A DNA stretch of 64,000 bases from the human T2T-CHM13v2.0 reference genome, Homo sapiens, in the NCBI RefSeq assembly GCF_009914755.1, contig NC_060925.1, one strand, 5' to 3'. Position numbers and translations under genes: made by a program. Below are positions 1 to 20,560 of the stretch, piece after piece. Under the pieces are notes generated by a model. That model saw only the letters and a program-made list of their open reading frames with translations. It did no database searches and had not been told where the DNA came from. Each line of letters begins with the position of its first letter. The stretch's first letter is position 1.

Positions 1-475
<475 letters not shown>

Positions 476-510
476 CTGTATCATTTTTACAATTAGAAAA
501 CATAGAGCTA

Positions 511-884
<374 letters not shown>

Positions 885-2787
885 TCAGACACCTCTTCAT
901 AGGAGAGCCAGAGCCTCATTCTTTCCACCCTGGGCCCAAGTTCCCCATCTCCCTGGCCATAGCCTATGATGATGGGGTAATGACCACAGGGTTCATCCCG
1001 TTAGGTCCCCATCCAGGAGCTGGCAGGCTCCTGAGCCCGGGAGGATGGGGTAGGAGGGTGTGGCTAGTCTGCGCAGCGGAGCCCCACTCTTACAAGCACA
1101 ACTCAAGGGATTGTGTTCTTGACATGATTGGCCCCAAACTGGGTCCATTTGTTTCATGGGAAAGATGGCTCTGGGTCCAGCAGAGGAGCAGGCAGCCTAT
1201 GGGTCCCCAGTCCCAGAATATAGACCTCGGGGGTCTATATCTCACCAGGGATGGTCCAATCCTCCCTTCCTACAGAGACCTCAGGCCTGTCAGCACCAAA
1301 CGCCTCCCCAGGGAGAGAAGAAAGTTACAGATGGCAGGGACAAAGCATTCGGGTTTTCATTTCCTCCACGGGGTGTTGGCCACATTGGAACGTCTGTGAC
1401 TGCGAGAACGGGGGCCAAATGCTCCCACGTGCTTGCCAAGCTGCGAGTACAATTCCTCCTCCTCCACCCTCTCTCCAGGGGATGCTCGCTTCCCAAGCAG
1501 CTGCATTTTTTTTTTCTCCTCCTCAGTTCTGGAGAAGGTTGATACTGAGTTCCCATTTTACAGAAACCCAAACTGAGACTGCAGGGCCTGAAGCCAGGAT
1601 GGGAATGACAGAGCCAGAAGGACTGGCTCCCAATGACGAGCCTCCCAGAGGGCTCGTCTGTCCTGGGTCCTCCATGTGGTGGACAGGATCAGAGGGTGCC
1701 CTCGTTAGGGAGATGGGGTCGCCTCAATTCAACAACAGGAGGACAATCTACCAAGAAGCCCAAGGGCGAATCTCAGCTCATGACCTTGGCGTGGCCCCTG
1801 CTATTTCCTGGCCCGTAACACTGCCCCGCGGCCCTGTGCTTCTGCTCTGCCCAGCTCTCGACCTCAGCTCACACCACTCTCCTTACACAGGTGTCCCTCC
1901 TGTCATTCGGACCTCAGCTCAAAGGCCACCTCCTCTGAGAGGCCTGTGCTGACAGCCCCCACCAAAGCTGCCCTCCAAGGATTCCATCCACCTGGCATTT
2001 GCCCTGTGGGTGGTCTGTGCCCACATCTGTCTGCCCACCTCCTGCCCCCTCTCTGTCACTCTCCCCTCTGTGGACGCAGGCACCAGCCCAGTGCTCAGCA
2101 TGCCACAGCCACCCAGTGCCGTGGAGTGAAGGGACATCAGGCCACTCGCAGGGCCCCAGGGCATCCTCTTGTGCCCGCCTGGGTCACCCTTCACCCCGGC
2201 CGAGCTCCACGTGGATTTGGGCCCTGCATCTTCTTGGGGAACCATCTGAGGATCTGGGCTGGGCAGGCAGCAGCGGAGGAGATTGGCAGAGGAAGGCGGC
2301 AGGAGGCCGGGGCCTGTGACCAGACCGCCAGGTCTCGTCCTGCTCTCCTGCTGACCCTATTTCCTGGGGGGACCAGACACTTCCACTGTCTCCCCCTAAG
2401 CCCATAAGCCACCACTCTGTGGCTACCTAGAGGTTTCTGTCCATGATGTCTGGTCCAGGTGGGCTCCAGTGAGTGAGGGGCAAACCTTTGGGGCAGGAGC
2501 CTGGGGCATGGCCATTGCCCGGGAGTCCCTGAACCCACTTTTCCAGAGGGAGGGGCTCTTCCCTTCTTCCCTGAAGGTGGAGCTGTCCCGTAAGGGGTGG
2601 CTCAGGTTGGAAACAAGCAAAGAGAAGAAGGGTTGGGCGAGAGGGTCACGCCTGGGAGAAGCCCCAGAGCACCAGGGCCAACTTCAGATGGAATGACCCT
2701 GGCCCCCGACAAGGGTCCCCTGTCCCTGTCAAGGGCAGATGCTGGGGTTCGCCAGGGTTGTGTGACCGGCCAAGGTGAGGGCATTGG

Positions 2788-2820
2788 AGAGGGAGGGAGG
2801 GAGGGAGGGAGGGAGGGAGG
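2788..2820 (+). repeat. (GGGA)n tract with G-quadruplex/triplex potential
   Basis: gagagggagggagggagggagggagggagggagg. Confidence 0.85.
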
Positions 2821-2978
2821 AAGCTTGGCCACCCTGCCCAAGTGTGGACCTCAGGCTGGGCCAAGCCCTGAGCTTCCAGGTGAAGTCACGAGAGCTCCTT
2901 GCTGGGCCCTTGGCTGGGGAGTCTGTCCCGAGCCCTCCATCCTCAGCCTCACCTGGGCTGGCAGTGGGGGAAGAGGCA

Positions 2979-3310
2979 GGTGACAACCCCCCCGAGAGGT
3001 GACAGCCCTGGGGCGGGAGCCGCCGCCACCTGAGAGTGGGTGAGGAGCAGGTTAGCTGGGTGAAAAGTTCACAGTGAGGGGAGCTGTCTGTTCCCTCGCT
3101 TAATTTATCCACTATTTGGCTAACCTTGCTCTGAACCCAGGCCCTGAGACCCCTCTCCCTTCTCCCCCGCCTCCCCACTGGGCTTCCGAGCCCCGCCACC
3201 AGACCTCCCGCCCAAGCCCTGAGGCAGGGACGTGCTGGCCTTGAAGAGGCCTGGGGCCCGGGCGCCGGGAGAGGATGGCTACATGGCTGTGGACAGTTAT
3301 TTATGACCGC
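2979..3310. promoter_or_regulatory. Candidate retinoic-acid/nuclear-receptor enhancer (DR5 + DR2 + DR5 cluster with HOX/CDX and TALE-type motifs)
   Basis: GGGTGA-n5-AGGTTA (3038-3054), GGGTGA-n2-AGTTCA (3058-3071), minus-strand GGTTCA-n5-AGGTTA (3137-3121), TAATTTAT (3101) and TTTATGAC (3300), in unique CpG-retaining sequence. Confidence 0.55.
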
Positions 3311-4259
3311 AGTCTTCCCATCTTCAGTAACCAAAATAAAGTCCGGTTGCCGGCGAGGTGCAGGCCCCCGAACGCCAGACATCCGCCAGCCAGCCTCGGA
3401 AGGCGCCCCGCCCGCCCGCCTTCGCCAAACACACAACTGCTCGGGAGACAGTGACCTTTCCTGTGGGGGCCATCTGTCATCCTGGCTTTGGGCGGGAGCC
3501 AGACACATGGACCAGCCGGCCTCGGAAGGGAGGCTGGCCTCCTTCCCTGGCCCTGGGGTGGCCTCCGGGCCTTCGGTCTGCCTCTGATGGCTCAGGGTCT
3601 GATCTCTGAAGACCCTTCCTCACCTCGGTCTCCCTTTCCCTTTGACAGATGCGGCAAGGCTGTGGAGAGAGGGAGTTCAGAGGGATTCGGGTTGGGGGTG
3701 GAGGGCAGAGGACAGTCGCCATAGTGACAGTGCCACTGACCACGCGGGATCCCAGGTTGTGCAAAAGGCCTGGCACATGTGACTTCCATCATCCATGAAG
3801 CAGCTCGGTCTTCCAGCCTGGGAGACGCGGCTGGGGGTGGCGGGGAGTCACTTCCTTACTTCTCCAAGCTGGTGGTGACCGAACAACCCAGGTCACTCTG
3901 ACCCCAAAGCCAGCTGCGCTCTCAGCCCCTGGACTCTCTTTCCCATTCTCACTTTTCATTCTTTCATTGAAATCCCTTTTTGGCAACTATAAAAGCCATT
4001 TGTGTTGGCAGCAGCCAGTGGAAACACAAAGATAGACAAAGAGTGAATCATCCCAGCCGCAGCCCCGCCCCCCATATCTCAGGTGACCTTTTCTCCACGG
4101 TCTCCGCACTCACAAATGCACACAAGCGTGTGGACACCTGGGCGTGTGTGTCAGCAGGGAATCGCTTGTTTTGACAATAATAGGATCCCCACCACACATT
4201 CCTCCGCAGCTGTTTACTAACCGTGCCGCGCGGGGCAGCCCCGGCTCCAACATATCTGA

Positions 4260-5380
<1,121 letters not shown>

Positions 5381-5382
5381 CT

Positions 5383-5788
<406 letters not shown>

Positions 5789-6519
5789 TCACCCAGCAAA
5801 ACTTATGGACCCTCATTGGCTGGACCAGGTCAGAAAGAGCCTTTTAGGCCTTGCTGAAGAGTCACATAAGATTTATCCTGTGGGCAATGGGGAGCCATTG
5901 AAGGTTCTACACAGAAGATGGCATGGTCAGATCTGTGCTCTGGAAAGGACTCCCTGGCTCTGTGGTGGGGGACTCAGAGTCCATGGAGTGGGACACTGCA
6001 GACATTTAAGAGACTGTCCAAAAGTGCAGGTGAGACAGAGGGGAGGGGAGAGCCAGGGAAGAGGAAGGGGAAGAACTGTCAGGACTTCCTGAGAGATCAG
6101 CCAAAGGCACAGCTCAGGGGAGGAAGAGCTGAGAAAAGGATGGTGGTGTCCAGGGATCTTGTTCCTGCCTCCCCTGGGGACCCAGGTCCCAGCAGGACAG
6201 CCTCATCTCAGGATCCCAGCCCTGGAAACACAGGTGGCAGGGGCCAGGTCCTGCTCCACTCTTCCACGCTGGGTCTGGGTGCTGGCTGCTCCCTGAATCC
6301 TGACTTCTTCATCAGGCAGGGGCCACAGCCCCACCTCCCAGGAGTGACGTAGGAGGAACCACACAATGCAAACTCAGCAACGCCCTGGAAGCGTCACAGC
6401 ATGATGGAAGCACGTGGCATTATCACGGCGACGTTCGGCTCTTTGAGGACTGGGGCCTGGAGCTCCTCCGCTTGTCCAGAACTCCATGACACACACTGGC
6501 CCTCAGCCTTCTGCCCTGT

Positions 6520-6662
6520 CCCTGTAGCAGGAGGATGACCTGCTGCTCTCCCCATCCTACCCTGGCCCTGGGCCAGCACCCCACCCTCAGCCTCCCTGTA
6601 GCAGGGGGATGACCTACTGCTCCCCGCGTCCTACCCTAGCCCTGCGCCAGCACCCCACCCTC
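6520..6662. repeat. Two diverged tandem copies of a 74-bp unit
   Basis: ccctgtagcagg.ggatgacct.ctgct...cctaccct.gccctg.gccagcaccccaccctc at 6520 and 6594. Confidence 0.9.
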
Positions 6663-8059
6663 CCATTGCCCACCAGGCTGCCCTGTCAGCCCCTCCCAGC
6701 CCAGGCACAGGGACCCATTCTTTTTCCTAAGGGGCTTTCTTGGCCTGGGGGGCTGGCATAAGGCACAAAGCACTAATGAGGTGGGCAGCCGCCCCACGGC
6801 GCCTGCACAGAGGGGCCAGCCTTCTTCTTCAGCGACCAGGCCCCCACCCCGGACCTGTTCACTCCGCTCAGATCTGCCCACGCCTTACAGTGACCCGTCC
6901 CGCCCTGGGCTTTGGGCAGGAGCCAGACACACGGAAGGGAGGCCGGCCTCCTTCCCTGGCCTTGGGGTGGCCTCCGGGCCTTCGGTCTGCCTCTGATGGC
7001 TCAGTGTCTGATCTCCGAAGTGTTGGAAGTGTTGGCCACCTCGTCTCTTGTCTGGATGATGGACGGGCTCCCTGCTTCCACCTGCGTCCTCCACAGTCCG
7101 GCTGTCTGCAACTGGAATGCCCTTTCTCAAATGCAGGCCTCATCATGGCTCCTCCCTGCTCTGGCACCTTCTCCCTTGGGAAAAGATCCGCGATCCCTAC
7201 AAGGCCCATTATGTGCTCTTCAATGTGGCCTATCCCGAGCCCGGAGCCCTGGCGCTCATGCCCTCACTGCAGCTGCTCACTGCCTTCCATTGCCTGGAAC
7301 ACCTTCCCCTCCCCAGTCTTGCCTGCGTGCTGGCTCACATATCACTTCCCACAAGGCCTCTCCACCCCATCTAATACGCACCATGGCCCCCTCCACAATC
7401 TGCTGAAAGCTCAGTGCGACGAGCCCCTGCCCAAGTTCACGGCCACATCCCCACTGCCTGACCTACAGTTGGCCTTTAAGAACTATTTGTTGGAAGCAGA
7501 GTGACACTGAATGAGCAGGGACAGACCAGGCACCCATTCCAACATTTCCCGAATTCCTCCACCCCAGGGCCACTGGCTCCAGCTCCCAGAGGGCACTGCT
7601 GGCCCCAAATGGCCTCTTGCTGTGGCAGGACAGGGGCTCCTGCTACCCCTTGAGGACAAAAGGCTTTTAGAACCAGCCCCAGCCCCCCAGAGGCCATTTT
7701 TCTCCCCTTGGCTGGGGAGCGGTGGAGCAGGGCTAATTCCACTCCTGCAAGGAAGGGCAGAGACAGACGGGGTTGATCCCAGGGGTTCCCTGTCCCTGCC
7801 CCAGGGCAGCCCATGATGGACTGCCAGACAGGACTGGTCAGCTGCCAACAGCACACTGCCAGCTGCCCACCAGGACGCCCACTGACTGCCAGTCAGGAGG
7901 GGCCAGCAGTCAGGAGGGGGCTGCCAACTACCTGTCACTGTGCTGGCCAACTGTCAATCAGGACAGGACAGAGACCCAGGAGCTCAGGGCTGCCTGTCAG
8001 GGCACAGGCCAGCTGTCACTCAGAAAGGCCCAGGAGCAAGTCAAGGAGTCTACCAATGG

Positions 8060-8620
8060 CCATTTCTGGTGACAGCTATTGCTTTTGGTGCCCAGCATCC
8101 TTTCACTCTTCCCCTGGCAAGGGCAGCCCACTGGGCTTCCAGGGAACCTACCCTCTCCAACTTGTAGTCTGTGTGTCTCCACGGGCTGATTCCCTCCTTG
8201 GCTGCAGGGACAGAAGACCACAAGACTCAGGGCTGGCCAATCAGAGCATTGCAGTCTTCTGGCCACTGTGATTGGCTTATACGTGGACATGTGACTCAAC
8301 TCGAGCCAACCAGAACCAATCAGAACTAACTCTGGGTCAGTAGAGAGAGACTCTCTTCCTGCTGCCCTTGTACCTGGGAGGGTGGCTGTCAGGTGGAGCT
8401 GAGGCAGCCAGTTTGTCATCATGAGAGAAAGATGTCTGAGGATGAAGCCAGCCCAGAGGATGTGGAAATGAAAGACAGAGAAAGAGAAACTGGGTCCTGG
8501 CTGCGTCCTGCTTCCACTCTGGATCCAGCCATAACTGAAACCCATGATCATTGGGCTTTCCAGTTACAAGAATCAATAAATGCCTCCTTTTTGCCCGAGC
8601 AAGAATTGCTGTGAATGGGA
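8060..8620 (+). mobile_element. Old MLT1 (J/K-like) LTR remnant
   Basis: gtgattgg...catgtgactcaac...gaaccaatcaga; ttccagttacaagaatcaataaatgcctc. Confidence 0.55.
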
Positions 8621-9197
8621 CCAGAAACCACTCGGGGAGTTTTCTAGTGTCTCACTGGGGGCCCATTGGCTGGTCAGGGCACCAGCCCCTGTCTGAGGCT
8701 TGGGATGTTTCCAGAGGAACTTCTGACTGAAAGCATGAGACAAACAGGCCCCGTACCTGCCTCCCCGCCCCTGGCTGCTGAGGCGTGGGCATCCTCATGA
8801 CGCGATGGATCAGATGCTCCCCCAGCCTTTGACTCAGCAACGAGGGAAGCAGACAAGCAGAGAGGGTGCGGGTGGTGGCAGCAGGGAGCGCCCAGGGCCA
8901 GCAGGGTCTCCTAGGGTTCAGCGGCGACGGCTGCAGCCAGGGCACCTGCACCCACCAGACCAGCCTAGGGCAGGACTTGCAGGCTGGGGTCTGGCTGCAT
9001 CTCTTGATGTCTGCCTAGGTTTTGAGCTTCCTACATCCATTTGAGACACTCTGCAGGAAACGTCAGTGTCCTTTGCCAGGGACTAGGGCACCCCAGGGAG
9101 AGAGTCCCTGGCTTGAGGCTGGTGAACCCCTGGCTGGCTTACCACTGCTCACACACTGGGCAGGCCCTCCGTGAATGCCACTTCCTCACTCTACTTA

Positions 9198-9488
9198 TTT
9201 TTTTTTTGAGATACAGTTGCGTTCTGTTGTTCAGACTGGAGTGCAATGGCATGATCTCGGCCCACTGCAGCCTTGACCTGACGGGCTCGGGTGATCCTCC
9301 CACCTCAGCCTCCTGAGTAGCTGGGACCACAGGCACATGCCAGCACGCCTGGCTGATATCTTTAATTATTTTTGTAGAGACAAGGTCTCCCTGTGTTGCC
9401 TAGGTCTCAAACTCCTGGGCTCAAGTGATCCTCCCACCTTGGCCTCCCAAAATGCTGGGATTACAGGAATGAGCCCCTGCACCTGGCC
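9198..9488 (-). mobile_element. AluJ-like
   Basis: Alu consensus, antisense. Confidence 0.9.
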
Positions 9489-11160
9489 TCATTCTTGTTA
9501 AGTGTCCCTCAAAGCACCTGGCAGAGTGCTGGGCACATTTTAGGGGCTCCAGGAATTGGCCAGAGGAGCAGTCTGCCCATGGGTGCTGCTTTGTGCCAAG
9601 CCTTGGGGCCTGGAGAGGGGGAGAAGGTGGGCAAGTGTGTATTCTGAGGAAGGGTTGGAGCATGGAAGACGTGGATGCTCTGCTTCCTTCTGGGCCCACA
9701 GTGAAGAGGGCAGGGCTGCCCCCAGTGAGTGCTGGAAGGAGATCCATGCCTCATCGCAGGACAGGGGACCCGGAAGCCGACCTGAGGCTGGCCTTGGCCC
9801 ACCTGCAACAGGCAGCAGGCAGTTAGGCAAAGGTGTGCTGGAACCTGGCGGCGACACTGACATGGATTGGGCGGGAGGAGGCCAGGTCCTGGACTGCATA
9901 AAGATATTGATGAATAACGGCAAGCACCGTCTCTGCACTCTTTACACAGTAGGCTTCTTATTCAAGAAATCACAAAACTCAGGGATTAACAGCCAGGATT
10001 TCGCAACTAGTTTTTGGGGTTCAAATCTCAGCTCTACTGGTTACTAGCTGTGAATAAGCCCTGGGAAGATGACCTCACCTCTCTCTACCTCAGTTCCCTG
10101 TAAAATATTGGGAAATTTTCATTATTAAATGTATATAACTTAGGGTCTATCCCATATGAAGCACACAATGAGTTATTACTTTTATTATAATAGAATATAA
10201 AATACGATGTAATACAAATTTATTAATTTGTTACTTGGTATTAATACCAAGCACACATGCATTAATTTATGGCATGTATTACTCCCTTGATTTTTACAAG
10301 CAACTTTATGGAGGACAGGGTTATTAGTCCCATCCTATAGATGAAGAAACTGAGGCTCACAGAGGTTAAGTTAAGGTGAAGGTGAAGCTCCAGGTCCCAC
10401 AGAGCCAGGATTCGGAATCTCAGCCAGTCATGGCTGGCTCCAAACTCCAGTCTCTTCCCTTCTCCGCAAGCTCCATGGCTCCCAGATAGGCTGGCCAAGT
10501 CGGTTTGCAGCCAGTGTGGACAGCAAAGGAGATTGGCCTGGCATGGCTGAGAAGGGTGGTCTAGGGCCAGAACCCCACCCACCCAACCCCTCCAAGAAGC
10601 CCATTGCCTGAGGAATCCACCGTGGCATCTGGGGGATGTTTAGCCTTCTCTCGTGCCCACAGCCAGGCCCCAGGCTGGGGCTCTGCCCACAGTCCCCTTG
10701 TGACCTTCCCAAGCAGGATCCAGTTACATCACAGCAGCAGCTCGAAGGAACAAACACAGCTTGTGTCTGCTTCCAACGGCTTATTTCTCTTGTCTTGTGA
10801 ATACTGAGAAATGAAAGGAATGATAAGGATTTGTGGGCTGGAGGGGGGAAGGCAGCCTGGAAAATTCTGCAGTGCTGGCGGAACTCACCAAGAGGGTGGA
10901 GTGAAGTTTTCAAACCAGCTCCAAAGAGGGAGAGATTCAAGTGGTTACATGGAAGGCCCAAGAGGTTTCCTGGCTCCCCCTTGGCAGGTTAAGGGCCCAG
11001 CCCTGGGGCAGATGGTTCCCCTCCCGGTTCTGCTGCGGGCCTCTCTGTGGTCAGGACCCGGAAGCTCTCTGGGCCTCAGTTTCTTCAGCTACTCAGTGCC
11101 AATAATGCCAGCTCCCACTGCTCCGGGTTAAGAAGAAGAAATGAGAAAATGTGTGTAGAC

Positions 11161-11892
11161 CAGGGGTTCCTGACAGGGGATGATTTAACTCCTTCAGGCA
11201 GGGGTCCCTAAGGTATTGGTCCATGGCCTGTTAGGAAATGGGCCGCACAGCAGGAGGTGAGCGGAAGGCAAATGAGCGAAGCTTCCTCTGTATTTACAGC
11301 CGCTCGCCATCGCTTGCATTGCCGCCTGAGCTCCGCCTCCTGTCAGATCAGCCGCAGCATTAGATTCTCACTGGAGCTTGAACCCTCTTGTGAACGGTGC
11401 ATGAGAGGGATCTAGGTTGCATGCTCCTTATGAGAATCTAATGCCTGATGATCTGTGTCTCCCATCAGCCCCAGATGAGACCATCTAGTTACAGGAAAAC
11501 AAGCTCAGGGTTCCCTCTGATTCTACATTATGGTGAGTTGTATAATTATTACATTGTGCAATTACAATGTAATAATAATAGAAGTAGAGTTCACATAAAT
11601 GTAATGTGGTTGAATCATCCCAAAACCATCCCTGCCACCACGGCCCATGGAAAAATTCTTCCACAAAGCCAGTCCCTGGTGCAAATAAGGTTGGGGACCA
11701 CTGCCTTAGGGGACATTTGGTAATGTCCTGAGACTCTTTGGGTTGTCACAACTGGGGGCAGACGAAGGTGCTTGTGGCAACCAGGGAGTGGAGATGGGGA
11801 AGCTGCCAGACCCCTACAGAGCATGGGACAGCCCCACCACAAAGAAGAATCCCGTCTGGGAAGCCAGCAGTGCTGCTGTTGAGGAAATGCTG
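11161..11892. mobile_element. MER20 hAT MITE interrupted by MER1A (11199-11703)
   Basis: MER20 text (ggggacatttggtaatgtcctgagac...ggttgtcacaactggggg) is split by a CAGGGGTCCC...GGGGACCACTG element with an approximately 8-bp TSD (ccttcagg/ccttaggg). Confidence 0.8.
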
Positions 11893-12037
11893 ATATTGAC
11901 ATCAAACACTGAATAATCTGTGTTGGTTTCCCTGTTCAAGGGCCCGTGTGGAAGTGAAAGGGAAGGTGAGTGGGAAAACGGGGTGTTTGGGGTAAACAGC
12001 AAAGCACCCATGTTGGCTGCCTCCAAAGAAAGATTTG

Positions 12038-15375
<3,338 letters not shown>

Positions 15376-16063
15376 ATGTTGGTGTGTTCCGAGCCACAGC
15401 TTCATCCCACCCCAATCACATGGGAACCAGCCAGGCTTTGCAGGATACTGCTGTCACAGGCCAAACCAAGGCGGTGAGCCCATGTGTTCTGGGGGACAGC
15501 TGGGTCCTGGCTGGGAGCCGTGGGAGCCACCAGCATCACACCACGCCCTCAGAAGTTCACAGGGCCTTCTTAGATCCCATGAGCACTGGATGCTTACCAC
15601 AGCCCCAGGAGGCAGGTAGGGACCTGCATCACCTCTGCTCTGCAGGTGAAAAAAGTTCACGTCACACTAAAAGTTGGCGGAGCCAGGATTTGAACCCGGG
15701 CCAGTGGAACTCCAGCGTGTGAATTTCCTCCCTCCAAATATCAGGGCCTCCCACCTCTTGGGGAGTCCCCTGGCCTCATGGTGGGTCTGGGAGAACTGGG
15801 GCACCCTGGAAGGGGCATCTAAGCACCAGGGCTGCTGTGAGTTGAGTGCCTCAGGGGGTTGTGGGGGCTGGACCCTGTACAGCTCAGAGGCAGTGGCCCC
15901 CTGGCCCAGTCTGAGCCACCTCTGGTTCACAGTGGACAGCCCTCATTTATGGAGAGCTGTGTGGTAACAAATATCAGTAAATCACATCACAGTGTGACAG
16001 CCCCACTCTCAGGGAGCTCAGCATGCCAGGGATGTCCCCAAGTCTTCCTTTTGGGTTGAGGGA

Positions 16064-18743
<2,680 letters not shown>

Positions 18744-20149
18744 AGGGACATTTGTCACCTCCTGGCTTTTCCTCAAGTGAGGGGTGCCCATATATAGAAG
18801 CCCTCTTCACAGGCATAGACCTCTGGGTTCTTATCACAGACCTGCTTCCCCTGGAAGGCCTCTCCTGAATATCAGAGAAGACCCCTCAGGGTCAGAAGTC
18901 CCAGATGTGCTGTGGTGGGTGGGGGTTGCTTCTCACCGTAGATGACCCTCTTGTCCACAAACCACAACCATCTTCTTCCCTCTGTGCTGATTAGGACTGG
19001 GGCAGTGGGGTTCGTGTATTTGTGACCTGGCTCCTTTTTTGATCCCCACTGAACTGGGACATCCCCAGGGGCAAGGGCTGTCTGCCTCATCAGGCAGAGC
19101 TGTCCGTGTGATCAGCCCAGGAGCTTTCTGTCACCCTGGTCCCTCCCGGACATCAGTTTGGCTCAAGAAGAAGAAAGTCCATTTGTCAAAGCATTCTGTC
19201 CCCTGGGAGCAGGGCAGTGGCCACAGACTCAATTCCTGACCATTCACCAGGCCGGATAGTCCAAGCCCCTGGAATGGTGCCAGCATGGGGCTTGGGTCTG
19301 CTGCCTCCCTGGGCTGGATCCCTACCTCCAATCTGGTTTTCCTTGGGGATGGGGAGGAACCCTAAGCATGGCAATGAGGTTATTTCCCAGGACCCAAGTC
19401 CTCTTCCCAGGGTTGGCCTGCCCCATCCTGCCCCTTGGGGGTTTGGCACTTGTCACTCTTCTTTGCATGGCCAAGCTAAGGACAGAATTAGCTCTCCACG
19501 CTCACTCTCAAGGCTCTCTGAGTGCTAAACCATCTGGGAGAGGGACCAGAATGGGGCCTCCTGGGATTCTGCCCAGTGCTTTTTCTTTTGGTTCCTCTGG
19601 GAAAAGATCCAGAAAAAGACTGAAAGCTCCTGGCTGAGAGGGAGGGGGTGGGGTGGGACCAGGCCCTGCCCTTCTGAGCCCCTGGGGCTCTGGGACGCCA
19701 GGGTCCCACTCTGCTAACACAGCGATTGGTTCTCAATGCAACTGGGGAGGGCTGGCGGGGCTTGCAACTCCCAGAGTCCAATCAGACTTTAGGGATCCTT
19801 GTTGCACTCCTTTGGGAAGTCAAGGCAGAAGGGTTGCTTAAGCCAGGAATTCCAGACTAGCCTGGGCAACATAGCGAGACCCTATCTTTACAAAAAAATG
19901 ATGAAGTGAGCCAGGCGTGGTGGCACATGCCTGTAATCTCAGCTACTCGAGAGGCTGAGGTGGGAGGATTGCTTGAGCCTGGGAGGTGGAGGCTGCAGTG
20001 GCCATGATCGGGCCACTGCACTCCAGCCTGGGCAACAGAGTGAGGACCTAAATAAGTTTAGCGTGAGATGAACACTGACAGTTGCCTCTTTAGGGCTCTG
20101 CTTAGCACCTCCTGTGCCCTCCCAAAAGTCACTGTGTCCTTGGGCTTGC

Positions 20150-20560
20150 AGTTGGAAGCCATACAGCTGCTTCCCTCTGTCCTCAACCTATATTTTAATT
20201 TTTGCTCATGATGTCTTCTTCCCTGGCATGGCAGAGCCTGGTTCAGAACTAACGACTACTCCTCCACGCGGGATTGTATTTCCTGCTATGTTAATAGCGG
20301 CTCCACCACGTGCCCTGTTCCAGCTAATGAAATGTGAGCAGAAGTGACAGTGTTGTTTCCAGGTGGAAACTTCAAGAGCCAGTGCACAGTTCACCAGGTA
20401 TGTCTACCCTGTGCCATAAGACATCCTCCCTGAGGCCCCCTGGTCAGCCTGAGTTTCAGAGCGAAGATGACACGGAGCACACCTGTAGCCATTCTTGAAG
20501 GACTAGTAGCAGTAATAAGGCAGAAACCTTCATTGTTGGAAGCCACTGAGATTTGGGCGT
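20150..20560 (+). mobile_element. Old MLT1-type LTR remnant
   Basis: gctaatgaaatgtgagcagaagtgac; aaaccttcattgttggaagccactgagattt. Confidence 0.5.

Noticed and set aside
10363-10385. DR5/DR0-like AGGTTA-n5-AGGTGA-AGGTGA, and a DR4-like site at 15644-15659
   Set aside because: Isolated degenerate matches inside MIR remnants; expected by chance.
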